Of a DNA stretch of 48,359 nt, positions 38,130-47,467 are shown one piece after another. Position numbers and translations under genes: made by a program. The DNA comes from Candidatus Micrarchaeota archaeon (GTDB lineage: Archaea > Micrarchaeota > Micrarchaeia > Anstonellales > Bilamarchaeaceae): contig JBFMEZ010000026.1 of NCBI GenBank assembly GCA_040753215.1, forward strand, positions 1-48,359, given 5' to 3'. A model generated the notes under the pieces. It did not search any database, was not told where the DNA came from, and was given only the letters and a program-made list of their open reading frames with translations. Positions within the stretch are counted from its first letter, which is position 1, and every line of letters begins with the position of its first letter.

Positions 38130-39354
38130 GTTTTCCCTCTTTGAAATTTCTAAGCACTTCGAATGCGCCATGCGCCTTTCCGGCATCCACCCCGAGATAC
38201 TCCGCCACCCATCTCGCGTCCTTCCCCCCGTCAAGCAGCACCGCCGCCCCCAGCTCTTTCCCTCCCAGGGGCACGCTGCCCTCCATCCCCAGTTTCCTTT
38301 TCAGCATGGCCCGTGCCGGCACGCCTTCGGTTTCCATGCATGAGAAAAGCATCATGTGGCTCTCCCCCGGCGTTATCGCAAGGGACGGGTAGAGGTTCTC
38401 CTTCCTCCTGCCCTCCTCATTATTTGTGAGGTAGAACTTGAAAATAGGCGAAACAAGCAGGAGGGAAGCCCTCCTGAGCATCTCTTCCCTGCGCCTCTTC
38501 CTCCTTGCGGCTATCCCTTTCTTCAGGCCCTCCCTCATAACGTGCCCGCCCGCGCCGCCCGCGAGAAATCCCCTCTTCACAAGCGCCGCCTTTGCTTCCC
38601 CGAACCCTTCCACAAGGTCCATCCTCGCGTCCTGCCTGATCCCGAAGCTGCCCAGCACCGCGTTGTATTCCCCGACCTCGCCCTCCCCGCTGCCGAGCAT
38701 CGCCCCGACGCTCCTCGCCGCATAGTGCACAATAGACGAAACAAGGGATACCCTCACCCCTTTCGATGAGATGATGGGGACCATCTTCACACCCGGCCTG
38801 GTCGCAACAACCTCCGCGCCCACGCCGAACATCCTTGAAACCTTGAGCTCAAGGTTCTCGTTCTCCGCCACCTGTATCGTTTCCGTCTCGCCCCCGAACT
38901 TCACCTTCGCAAGGAAGCACCCCTTCTTCTCCGCCGCCTGCTCCATCCTGTCCATAAGCTCCCTATACGCCACGACCCCCTCGTCCCCTGCCTCCATCAG
39001 CATCCTTATGTGGTTGCCGTCCAGCGGGAGGTGCGCGGCCATGTCGCCGTATCCCATCCGCATGAATCCCCTTGCCACCCTGTGCGCATCAAGCGCGATG
39101 CTCACCCTCGCCAGGCTGTACTTTTTGAGGTTGGCGACGTACCTGAAATGAGACATCTGCTTCTTCAGGTCCGCCCACTCCGCCTCCCCGTGCTCGTCCG
39201 CCTCCTCCATCGTCCTGTGCACGAGCCCCCTGAACGGGCTGCCGAAGCCCGCGTCGCCCATCCTCTCCTTCAGCTCTTCCAGCTCCGCAACATTCCTCCC
39301 ATCATAGGCGCTCACCCCCCTGAGCAGCTCGTTCGCCTTCTGGACGTAAGCCAT
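38092..39354 (-). CDS. DUF530 family archaeal protein
   Basis: GFGSPF, FRYVANLKKYSLARVSIALDAH, LPLDGN, LYPSL motifs recalled for DUF530. Confidence 0.7.
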   Translation of the reverse strand: MAYVQKANELLRGVSAYDGRNVAELEELKERMGDAGFGSPFRGLVHRTMEEADEHGEAEWADLKKQMSHFRYVANLKKYSLARVSIALDAHRVARGFMRMGYGDMAAHLPLDGNHIRMLMEAGDEGVVAYRELMDRMEQAAEKKGCFLAKVKFGGETETIQVAENENLELKVSRMFGVGAEVVATRPGVKMVPIISSKGVRVSLVSSIVHYAARSVGAMLGSGEGEVGEYNAVLGSFGIRQDARMDLVEGFGEAKAALVKRGFLAGGAGGHVMREGLKKGIAARRKRRREEMLRRASLLLVSPIFKFYLTNNEEGRRKENLYPSLAITPGESHMMLFSCMETEGVPARAMLKRKLGMEGSVPLGGKELGAAVLLDGGKDARWVAEYLGVDAGKAHGAFEVLRNFKEGKRGAEFVRRIKSG

Positions 39355-39401
39355 AGACGGCAATGCATCCAGTTTCCAGTTCTCAGTTCCAGGTTTTGCG
39401 C

Positions 39402-39543
39402 TCAAGGCAACCACATCTCCAAGAGGAAGGGGGGCACATCCGCATCGCTGCGGCGATGTCTGGCGAAGTTCTGCGGAACTTCACCATCCCCCCTTCTCTT
39501 TAGGGTAATCATAACCCCCCTGCACTTCATGGCAACCACATCT
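39402..39543. repeat. 17-bp duplicate of the top6A 3' end (39402-39418 / 39527-39543) flanking hairpin element E4
   Basis: TCA(A/T)GGCAACCACATCT = MWLP*; the single difference is a synonymous Pro codon. Confidence 0.8.
39419..39526 (-). mobile_element. Hairpin element E4 with branched loop
   Basis: CTCCAAGAGGAAG and TAGGGTA.TCATA shared with E5; ACCCCCCT(G/C)CACTTC shared with E1; two internal hairpins with TGCG loops. Confidence 0.6.
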
Positions 39544-42091
39544 TCTTGCTTATCTTCTCCCTCACGTAATCCCCTACGAACGTCAGCCTCTCCCCCTGCA
39601 GCGCGTCCTGCTCAAGCTTCTTCTTCGTCTTCAGCACCTTCTGCAGCTCCACGACCCATTCCTTGTGCCTGTTTATCCACGGGTAGCCGAGCATCTCCTC
39701 CGCCCTTTTCAAATCTATCTCCTTCGCATTTATTGTAAGCTTCTTAAGGAAATCGTGCCTCTCTATGTCCGCCATCGTCACTCCCAGGAACCTCGACTCC
39801 GGTATGGAGAAGTCCCTCCCGAGGTACGCGAGGTTCATGCTCCCCGTCTTAATAGTCCAATATATGTACCATCCCCATGCGTCACAATCAGTCAGAACGA
39901 ACACAGAAAGCTTCTTGTCCGCCAGCTTCCTCAGCAGCCTCCTCGTCCCCCTGCTCGCCTGCCCCTTCGGAGTCACAAGTATGCAGTTCTCTTTTTTCCA
40001 GAACCTGTCCTCGTTCAATCTCTGCCAGAGCGCGTCCTTCTCCACGCAGTTGTGTGTGAACAAGCCGGAAGCGTGCATAAACACATGCGTCGGAGAAACA
40101 GCAACCAATTCGTAAAAGTCGCCATTATAATTATTCATCTCGACTTTTCTTACTTCAACAGGGTGTACATCTGCTTCCAGCCACTTTTTGATATCCGGGT
40201 CATTAAATCCTGAAATAAGCGCTTTGTTTATTGTTTTGTAGCCCATGCAGAAGTACGGGACGGTTTTCCTGTTTCTATAAGCACTCACAAAAAATAATGG
40301 ATAGCGTTCCCACAGATGATGCGATTTGGCCTGGCCGTCGCCATCAGAGTATTTTCTGACCAGGTCGATAGCGTAAGAGTCCATGCAGTTATATTTCTCA
40401 AAAGTTTTCCTGCCTTTTATTTTGACCGTGTACGTCGGCACTCCCAATCTTCTGAACAGCAGATTCAATCCATGATGCAGGTCCTTGCTGACCGTTGTAG
40501 ACCGATATGAATCTCCATTGCGGTACCCGTCTCCGCGCAGGTAGCATTCAAGCATATTTTTAATAAATTCGGGAGGCATTCCGAAAACAAAGCCAGGAAC
40601 CCGTTTGTTATGCGCGTAATTTCCAGCCCCCAGTTTTCTGAAAAACAATGCGACTGCCTTATTCTGTGCAAATATCTGGACTTCCCCTCCGTGCGGATAT
40701 ACCTCCGGTCCGATGCCAAAGACCTTTTCTATCAATTCGCATACTTCTTTCTGGTATTCCTCCTCCTTTTTGGCGAATGAAAAGCCGACCTGGTATCCGT
40801 AAAGATGGCCTTCTGCCAGGTAATACCCGAGCAATCTTGCAAAATTGTTGTCGAGCCTTATTATGCAGTTTACGCCGTCTTTTTTTCCGGCTCCGCTGAA
40901 TTCTATCTTTAGCCTTTTTCTTGTTTCTGCCGTTTGTTCTAGTGCCATATAGTGCTTTAACGGCACAGAATCCCTCTGCTTCCATCCGTCAGCCAGATAC
41001 TGATATGGGTAAGTGTACGTCTTGCCATCTACCGTTTTCGTTACCATCAGCCCTAGCTGTTCCGCAGTTCTTTCAGTTATAAGCCCGGCAGCGCCTGCAA
41101 CATAAGCATTCCCGGCGTCCACCTCATTTTTCAGCATCTCAATCAGGTCAAAACTTTCCGGATGCTGCAGCTCTATCTGCAGATTCTTCGCTTCCAGCAG
41201 GAAGTCTCCTCTTTTAACGTCCTTTGCGGCTACGACCTTCATCCCTTCAGGTGTGAGCACAGGGATTTTATGGTTTTCCGAGACCCTGGCCTCTGCGCCG
41301 CTTTTCGATGTGATTGTTACGAGCTTCTCTCCGGCGCACGCTTTTCTTTTGGAAATTGCAAGAAGGTCATTTTTGCATGTCTTATAATCACTGTTATAGG
41401 ATACTACTTGCATATCCCTATTTGCACTTTTTACGGAATCATACAATTCTTTTACGGTTCTTATCCCTGCCTCTTCGTTATCGATGATTACAACCTTTTC
41501 ATCTTCCGCCAGGCAGAGCACATAATCCGCATCCACCTCCACAAACTCCATCCCATTATCCACATCGCTTGGTATCATCCAGCCGCTCCTGCCCTGCTTC
41601 GCGCAATCAATAGTGGTCTCCTCGCCCGCAAAATTGTCCTTCACCACCATCGGCCCGGCCACAACCCCCTTCCTGTCCGTAGTTAGATGCAAATCTTCCC
41701 TCTTTATCCCAAGCGAAACCTCCAGGTCCTCGATCAGCACGTTGCTCTCGCTCTGCTCCTCGAACAAACTCTCGTCCACATCCTCCCCCAGGCTGAACTT
41801 CAGCTGGTAGTACAGGCCCCTTATGCTCGTGTGCAGGTTCTCCGCAATGAACCTCTTCGTCTTGTTAGCGACCGCCACCGTCTGCATGAACGTCCTCGCC
41901 TGGCTCACATTCAGGAACGTCCTCTCCTCCTTCTTCCCCCCAAGCTGCAGGTATCCCAGCCCTTCCTGGAACTCCACATTTCCCTTGCTTCTCAGCGGCG
42001 TCTCGAACGTAGGCGATTCCCCCTTCTTCACCTGCCCCAGCATGCTCTTCCCGAGCCCTTCCAGTTTCTCCATCGCCTTCTTCTCGCTCAT
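39527..42091 (-). CDS. top6A: DNA topoisomerase VI subunit A (intein-containing)
   Basis: SIRGLYY catalytic Tyr, FEEQSESN..IEDLE, VEKDA TOPRIM, TDCDAWG, KLEQDAL. Confidence 0.95.
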   Translation of the reverse strand: MSEKKAMEKLEGLGKSMLGQVKKGESPTFETPLRSKGNVEFQEGLGYLQLGGKKEERTFLNVSQARTFMQTVAVANKTKRFIAENLHTSIRGLYYQLKFSLGEDVDESLFEEQSESNVLIEDLEVSLGIKREDLHLTTDRKGVVAGPMVVKDNFAGEETTIDCAKQGRSGWMIPSDVDNGMEFVEVDADYVLCLAEDEKVVIIDNEEAGIRTVKELYDSVKSANRDMQVVSYNSDYKTCKNDLLAISKRKACAGEKLVTITSKSGAEARVSENHKIPVLTPEGMKVVAAKDVKRGDFLLEAKNLQIELQHPESFDLIEMLKNEVDAGNAYVAGAAGLITERTAEQLGLMVTKTVDGKTYTYPYQYLADGWKQRDSVPLKHYMALEQTAETRKRLKIEFSGAGKKDGVNCIIRLDNNFARLLGYYLAEGHLYGYQVGFSFAKKEEEYQKEVCELIEKVFGIGPEVYPHGGEVQIFAQNKAVALFFRKLGAGNYAHNKRVPGFVFGMPPEFIKNMLECYLRGDGYRNGDSYRSTTVSKDLHHGLNLLFRRLGVPTYTVKIKGRKTFEKYNCMDSYAIDLVRKYSDGDGQAKSHHLWERYPLFFVSAYRNRKTVPYFCMGYKTINKALISGFNDPDIKKWLEADVHPVEVRKVEMNNYNGDFYELVAVSPTHVFMHASGLFTHNCVEKDALWQRLNEDRFWKKENCILVTPKGQASRGTRRLLRKLADKKLSVFVLTDCDAWGWYIYWTIKTGSMNLAYLGRDFSIPESRFLGVTMADIERHDFLKKLTINAKEIDLKRAEEMLGYPWINRHKEWVVELQKVLKTKKKLEQDALQGERLTFVGDYVREKISKKMWLP
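40049..41515 (-). mobile_element. Intein with LAGLIDADG homing endonuclease (489 aa) in top6A
   Basis: Starts CLAEDEKV, block B VSENHK, LLGYYLAEG and LECYLRGDG motifs, ends FTHN followed by +1 Cys; visibly lower GC than the exteins. Confidence 0.93.
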
Positions 42092-42149
42092 GTGGACCAA
42101 ACCTCCGCGAAGCGGATTTCCCGTATGAATATCATCGCTCCGGTTTGCT

Positions 42150-43775
42150 TCATCCTTCCGCCCCATCCCCGTTCCCGGTTTCGGGTTTCCCGTTCTCCGT
42201 ATCCTTCTCTTCTTTCCCGTCTTTCGGATCTGCCCCTGCTTCCTCCGTTTTCCCAGCAGAATACTTCTCCTCCACGAGTTTAAGCAGCTTCTCCTTCACC
42301 TTCCCGCTCTCCGCCCCCTTCCCGCCAAGCTCCGACAAATCCCGCGAGAGCTGCTCCACGTACCTCAGGATCGCGGTCCTCTTGCCCGCCATCTCCTTCT
42401 CCCTTCTCTTCCCTGAGATGTGCCGCTCCATCCCCCTTGCCGCCTCCATAACCGCATTCTTTATCTCGTCCACCACTTCCTCTTCATCCGATATGGACTG
42501 CTTCCCCGCCGAGGTATAAGGCACATGCACGCTCGCAAAATGCACGAATATGCTCAGCGGCTCCTCTTCCAGGTTCTTTATCCCGTACCTCTTCCAGTCC
42601 ACGCTCCTGATGGTCTGCGTTATTGCGCACCCCCCCGCGTCAAACAGCAGCGGAGCCCTGTTCGCAAACCTCAGTATCTCCCCGTTCGCCCCCTTCCCGT
42701 TGTAAGCCAGCCCAACCTCAACCACGAAAGGTATCCCGCCGCGGTATATCTTGGGGCTCCTCTCCGTGACCTGCATGAACTCCGGGCTTATCACGCTGCT
42801 AAGCGAGCTGGCGATCTGCCTCATGCCTATGGGCACCACGCTGTCCGTTGCCGGTGCAATCCACTTTATCTTCCTGAACCCCGCCACAAGCTTCTCCGCG
42901 TCCTCCCAGCTCATTTCCGAAGGCTTCTTGCCAAGGTCCACATCAGGAACCGCCTCCTGCAGCTCCTTTGTCTTATTCAGTGTTACCCTCGTAAACTCCT
43001 CCTGAAGGAAAGAGGATATCCTCTGGTAAGGCGCGCCCCTCGCCTTCTCAACCAGGTCATGCGCGCTTATCCCCAGGGGATGCGGCTTCACCTCCACTGG
43101 CCTCGGGGGGAGCTCCTCCACCGACTTCGGGAACACGAACCTTTCCCCTTCCGGCGAATTGAAGACGATGGCAGCATGGGGGTTCGCGATTGCCGTCCTC
43201 CTCAGGTATTCGTACACCCCGTATGCGCTCTTGTCGTATTTCACTTCCCCGAAGAGCCCCTCCACCTCCAGCCCGGTCCCCCCCTCCTCCGCGGGCCCTT
43301 CGGATATCATATTTATGAGCGGCTTGTTGTTCTTGAAGTCCATCCCGACCTCGCACTCTATTCTCTTCCCGTCGTATGAAGAGACTACCCTGACCGGCTT
43401 CCCCGTGGTGATGAGCGCATACATCGTGCAGCCCGTTGCCCCTATCCCCTGCTGGCCCCTCTGCTGCATATACCTGTTGAACTTCGTCCCCGCCAGCATC
43501 ATCCCCAGCGCCTTGCCTATGTGCGTCTTTGGAATCCCCGGCCCGTTGTCCCTCACCCTCACCCTGTACCTGTCCCCGCCCCCCTCGCTTACCCACACCT
43601 CAATCTCAGGGAATATGCCCGCTTCACCCGTAGCGTCAAGGGAATTGCTCACATACTCATGTACAATGGTGGTCAAGCTCCTCACCTTTCCGGAGAAGCC
43701 CAGCATCTGCCTGTTCTTCTTGAAGAACTCCGCAACGGAGTACTCCGTGAACCTTGAGAATATCCCGTCCGCCAT
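42150..43775 (-). CDS. top6B: DNA topoisomerase VI subunit B
   Basis: SVAEFFKKNRQMLGF, HEYVSNSLDA, DNGPGI, RGQQGIG, RFANRAPL. Confidence 0.96.
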   Translation of the reverse strand: MADGIFSRFTEYSVAEFFKKNRQMLGFSGKVRSLTTIVHEYVSNSLDATGEAGIFPEIEVWVSEGGGDRYRVRVRDNGPGIPKTHIGKALGMMLAGTKFNRYMQQRGQQGIGATGCTMYALITTGKPVRVVSSYDGKRIECEVGMDFKNNKPLINMISEGPAEEGGTGLEVEGLFGEVKYDKSAYGVYEYLRRTAIANPHAAIVFNSPEGERFVFPKSVEELPPRPVEVKPHPLGISAHDLVEKARGAPYQRISSFLQEEFTRVTLNKTKELQEAVPDVDLGKKPSEMSWEDAEKLVAGFRKIKWIAPATDSVVPIGMRQIASSLSSVISPEFMQVTERSPKIYRGGIPFVVEVGLAYNGKGANGEILRFANRAPLLFDAGGCAITQTIRSVDWKRYGIKNLEEEPLSIFVHFASVHVPYTSAGKQSISDEEEVVDEIKNAVMEAARGMERHISGKRREKEMAGKRTAILRYVEQLSRDLSELGGKGAESGKVKEKLLKLVEEKYSAGKTEEAGADPKDGKEEKDTENGKPETGNGDGAEG

Positions 43776-43807
43776 CCAGTCGCCTCGTCCAGTTTCCGGT
43801 TCCTCGT

Positions 43808-44329
43808 TTAGTCGCCTTTTCCTCCCTTCAGCCTGCTGAACATCAGGTTTTCCCTTATTCTACCCAGATAATTTATAACCGTTGTGTGGGGCGCCCCCTC
43901 AATTATCATCCTTATCGCCTCCTTCGCGTATTCCATCGCATCCGAAGGGGCGATTATCCCCACCGTATGCCCGTACACCTCGATGCTCGAATCCGTCGCC
44001 TTCTCGATCTCCCCTTTTACCCTGCCCTTCTCCCCTATTATCCTCCCCTTGACCCTCCTCAGCGCGTTTTTGGTGGAGAAGTGCTCCCCCAGGTCTATGA
44101 GGTAAAAAGAATAGTTTTCCCTGAACAGCTTCATCGCCTCCCCCGGCTCGAACCCCCTCCCTATCGCGTGCACGACGTCCTTCGCGAGGTAGGTCCATAC
44201 GCTCTCGCCTTTCAGCTCCACCTCCCCTTCCCCGCCCAGGATTATTTCCACGCCGTATCTCTTCTCAATCTCCTGCTTCGCAAGCCGCAGGGCCCCGACT
44301 CGTTCTTTCGGTATCCTTATTATTTCCAT
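43808..44329 (-). CDS. KH-domain pre-rRNA processing protein (Pno1/Dim2-like)
   Basis: IRIPKERVG, AIGRGF, RVKGRIIGEKG, YGHTVGII, GAPHTTV. Confidence 0.9.
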   Translation of the reverse strand: MEIIRIPKERVGALRLAKQEIEKRYGVEIILGGEGEVELKGESVWTYLAKDVVHAIGRGFEPGEAMKLFRENYSFYLIDLGEHFSTKNALRRVKGRIIGEKGRVKGEIEKATDSSIEVYGHTVGIIAPSDAMEYAKEAIRMIIEGAPHTTVINYLGRIRENLMFSRLKGGKGD

Positions 44330-44341
44330 CCAGCCGCCCGT

Positions 44342-44381
44342 CCAGTTTTCCGTTTCCGGTTTTCGGTTTCCAGTTCCCAGC
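44342..44381. repeat. Degenerate heptamer tandem repeat (consensus YCRGTTY); representative of about 12 tracts in the window
   Basis: CCAGTTT TCCGTTT CCGGTTT TCGGTTT CCAGTTC; similar tracts near 4643, 6681, 26010, 30506, 37684, 39369, 42168, 43788. Confidence 0.7.
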
Positions 44382-45341
44382 CTACGGCAGCTCTGCGGGA
44401 GCATCCCGCCTTTCAGCCTCCGGTTTCCCGCTCCCCTGCTCCCCGATAATCTCCTTCGCCGCCTTCTTCCCGTACACCGCCTCCACAAGCTCGACAAGCT
44501 CCCTGTTCACCTTCTCGTTGTACTTCCCCGCATATTTTCCTATCTCCGCCTTCGCGGCGTCCTTGTTCTTCTTTATTATTTCCCTCAGCAGGTTCCTGGA
44601 ATACGGGTCGAATTCATACACGTATGCCGCGACCGCCTTCTTCCCCACCGCCTCGTCCTCCACATCCATCAGGTTCTCGAGCACGACCTTCTTCGCCCTC
44701 ACGTCCCAGTCGTCCATCAGGTCCACAAATACCTTCCTCACCTGCGCATCCCCCTTCACCATCACGGATAGCGCCTCCAGCGCATACAGCTGCGGCTCGT
44801 TTATCTCGCTCTTCGCGATGTGCATGAGCTGCTCCTTCAGCTTTTCCACGATGCCCCTGTCCCCCAGGCGCGCGACGTATGCGAGCACGGCTTCCGGCGG
44901 CCTCCCCTCCGCGAGCAGGCCCCTCACCCACTCCACCAGCTCCGCCATGCTTCCCGCCCCCTTCCCGAACGCGAGCATCATGTTCAGGTCCGGCCCCCTC
45001 CTCCTGTCGTAGAGGTTCTCCAGCAATCTCTCAAGCGCATCCTTCCATCCGCCCGCCAGAACCATCTCCAGCAGGCACTCCGCAATCCTGGCCTTCGGCA
45101 TCTTCACGTGGTACGTCCTTTCCTCCTCCCCGAGCACGGTCGCCCCCACGTTCACCAGCGCCTCCCTTCTCTTCGCGTTCTTCTTCACTATTTCAGCAAT
45201 ATCCTTCTTCTCTGCATACGCTGCCGCTATCTCCCAGAAAAGGGCCCTCGGGTTTATGTCCGCCTCCGTCTTGTACTTCGCGAGCTTCGAAATCTCCTCG
45301 GGTGCCTCCGGAGGCTTCTCTTCCTTTGACTCCTGCGCCAT
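44382..45341 (-). CDS. Hypothetical alpha-helical (HEAT-like) protein
   Basis: 319-aa ORF co-oriented with its neighbours, with typical codon pattern. Confidence 0.7.
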   Translation of the reverse strand: MAQESKEEKPPEAPEEISKLAKYKTEADINPRALFWEIAAAYAEKKDIAEIVKKNAKRREALVNVGATVLGEEERTYHVKMPKARIAECLLEMVLAGGWKDALERLLENLYDRRRGPDLNMMLAFGKGAGSMAELVEWVRGLLAEGRPPEAVLAYVARLGDRGIVEKLKEQLMHIAKSEINEPQLYALEALSVMVKGDAQVRKVFVDLMDDWDVRAKKVVLENLMDVEDEAVGKKAVAAYVYEFDPYSRNLLREIIKKNKDAAKAEIGKYAGKYNEKVNRELVELVEAVYGKKAAKEIIGEQGSGKPEAERRDAPAELP

Positions 45342-45397
45342 AATTATCCGTTCATATTATTGCGCAACCCCTTAAATAAATGTATGTCTTCCCGCCG

Positions 45398-47149
45398 TCA
45401 GTCGAGTATGAAATTAATCAACTTAGTCTTCAGCCCGCCGGCCCCCCGTCCCTCCCTCCTGACCTTCTCCCTCAGTTTCCTCTTGAATATCTCCCCCGCG
45501 GTCATCACGGTCTCCACGAAGAAAACCCCCGCGAGCAGGAAGAACACCAGCAGGAAGTAGTAGAAAACCCTCGGCAGCATGAGGAAGGAGAACACGAACG
45601 CCAGCGCCACGCCCAGCACGAGCGACAGCACCATCGCGCCCGTCCTCGCCATCATCCTCCTGTCCAGGTCCTCGTAGGGCGCCTCCGCGTGCAGGAAGGC
45701 CCTGCTTATCCCGTGTATTATCTGGATTGCGGACCTGAAGAATTTTGGGGCCTCGCGCGCAATCCCGGCAAGTGCGAATATCGCCGCCAGGATTTCTATC
45801 CACATCGTATAGCCGGCGGCGATGCTTAATTCCCCCGCCCTCAGCAGGAAAAGCGCGAACGCGACGTATATTATCACATTCGCTATGCTCGTCCCCACCC
45901 TCCCCAGCTCCTTCACGAAAACGGTGTGAAACGTCCCGCCCGGCTCGAACGCCTCGGCCACCTGCGACATGTACCTCGATACCCTCCTCAGCCCCATCTT
46001 GGTGTTTGCAGGCACCGCCCTCTCGACAAAGGCGCTGACAAGCCGTATGTTGTTTATCGCGAGCGAGGAAACGACCGCGGTTATGAACACAACCGAGCCG
46101 GCCAGCGAAGTCAGGTCCGTCCCGTATGCCGCCGCCTCCCTCGCGATAAGCAGCGAAAACTCGCCCGTTGAGAGCATCAGCACGCCCGCCCCGAGCGCCG
46201 CGGTGCTCTCCACGCCCATGAAATACATCGCCGCGGAGGTCCCGAAGAATTTCCCCCCCACAGCCACCGCCGAAAGCGCTGCTATCTGCCATGGGTTCGC
46301 CATTATCCATGCCAGGTCCAGCCCCATCCCGACCGAGAGGAAGAAGAACGAGGAGAATATGCTGGTGAAGGGCTTCAGCGTGTTGTGCACCTCCTCCTGC
46401 CCCCTGATGCTCGCCATCACGTTCCCCGCGAGGAACGCCCCTATCGCCGCCTCCAGGCCGACCACCCTCGCGCCGAAGCTCAGTATGAAGCACAGCGCCA
46501 GCGATGCGTAGAGTATGCTCTCCTTGTTCCCGCTCTCTATGAAGAACGGCATGGCAAGCCTCAGCACCTCTCTCGCCGCCAGGTACCCGCCGAGCAGGAT
46601 GAGGAACGATACCGCCATCGAGAACAGCGCCCCGAGCTGGCTCACGTTCACCTGCCCCATCCCCGGTATTATCGCCAGTATGAATATAGAGAATATGTCC
46701 TCTATTATGAGCACCGTCACAAGCAGGTCCCTCTCCGTGCTCATGCCCCTGCTTATCATCGCGAAGATTGCAGTGCTCGTCACGCTCAGCATCGAGCCGA
46801 GCAGCAGGGATTCCAGGAGCCCCAGCCCCATCAGCAGCGCGCTCTCATACACGATTATGAACACAATCGCCAGCTTCATGAGCGCGACCACTATCGCCCT
46901 CAGCCCCTTGTCCAGCATCGTGTGCGGGTCCACTTCCAGCCCTATCCCGAAGATTAGGAGTATCGCCCCAACCTCCGCGAGGAAAGAAATGAGCTCGCTC
47001 TGCTGCACCAGCCCGAGCACTGAAGGGCCGGCAACCAACCCGAGCAGGAGGAGCCCGGCGATGGGGTGCAATTTCAGCCTCAGGGCGATGACGCTCCCTA
47101 CGAGGGAGAGCAGGATAGCTACTCCCAGGCTGAACAACTGGTCTGCCAT
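45398..47149 (-). CDS. Cation:proton antiporter (CPA2/Kef family)
   Basis: AEVGAILLIFGIGLE, SVTSTAI, LIIED, GAFLAG, FFLSVG, GEFSLLIA. Confidence 0.9.
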   Translation of the reverse strand: MADQLFSLGVAILLSLVGSVIALRLKLHPIAGLLLLGLVAGPSVLGLVQQSELISFLAEVGAILLIFGIGLEVDPHTMLDKGLRAIVVALMKLAIVFIIVYESALLMGLGLLESLLLGSMLSVTSTAIFAMISRGMSTERDLLVTVLIIEDIFSIFILAIIPGMGQVNVSQLGALFSMAVSFLILLGGYLAAREVLRLAMPFFIESGNKESILYASLALCFILSFGARVVGLEAAIGAFLAGNVMASIRGQEEVHNTLKPFTSIFSSFFFLSVGMGLDLAWIMANPWQIAALSAVAVGGKFFGTSAAMYFMGVESTAALGAGVLMLSTGEFSLLIAREAAAYGTDLTSLAGSVVFITAVVSSLAINNIRLVSAFVERAVPANTKMGLRRVSRYMSQVAEAFEPGGTFHTVFVKELGRVGTSIANVIIYVAFALFLLRAGELSIAAGYTMWIEILAAIFALAGIAREAPKFFRSAIQIIHGISRAFLHAEAPYEDLDRRMMARTGAMVLSLVLGVALAFVFSFLMLPRVFYYFLLVFFLLAGVFFVETVMTAGEIFKRKLREKVRREGRGAGGLKTKLINFILD

Positions 47150-47243
47150 TGCAACCTAAGCGCTCTTCATAATGCTTTATAAATCTTCTTGCGCTCCGTC
47201 GCCGTTTTTCCCATTTTCCGTCTCGTGCTTCCACGTTGTTTGA

Positions 47244-47297
47244 CAAACCGAACCTCTGCCCTTCCTGCCCTTATCGCGCCCCTAGAGGTTCGGTTTG
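47244..47297. repeat. Palindromic mini-element (14-bp perfect IR CAAACCGAACCTCT, 26-nt loop)
   Basis: 47244-47257 / 47284-47297; same CAAACC..GGTTTG ends as 15603-15657. Confidence 0.75.
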
Positions 47298-47304
47298 ATT
47301 TTGA

Positions 47305-47340
47305 TGCCCACCCTGGATGAGTTTAAGCCGGGGAGGTTCA
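47305..47340 (+). mobile_element. IS200/IS605-like end remnant
   Basis: Hairpin CCCTGG..CCGGGG followed by AGGTTCA, resembling IS605-family right ends. Confidence 0.4.
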
Positions 47341-47452
47341 GTGAAGTCTTGAGTTGTCCTGAGGGTCCTGAAAGTCACACAAGACCTGGAGACTATCGCA
47401 AGACCTGGAGACAACAGCTAACGGGCATTGGTTTTAAATTTGCAACACCCTG
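47341..47452 (-). mobile_element. Partial inverted copy of the 4687-4855 MITE
   Basis: Reverse complement CAGGGTGTTGCAAATTTAAAACCAATGCCCGTTAGCTGTTGTCTCCAGGTCTTGC closely matches 4688-4741. Confidence 0.75.
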
Positions 47453-47467
47453 TTATTCCATGATACC

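Noticed and set aside
39355..39414. N-terminal extension MVALSAKPGTENWK of the DUF530-like ORF
   Set aside because: Made of the displaced top6A end and heptamer repeats
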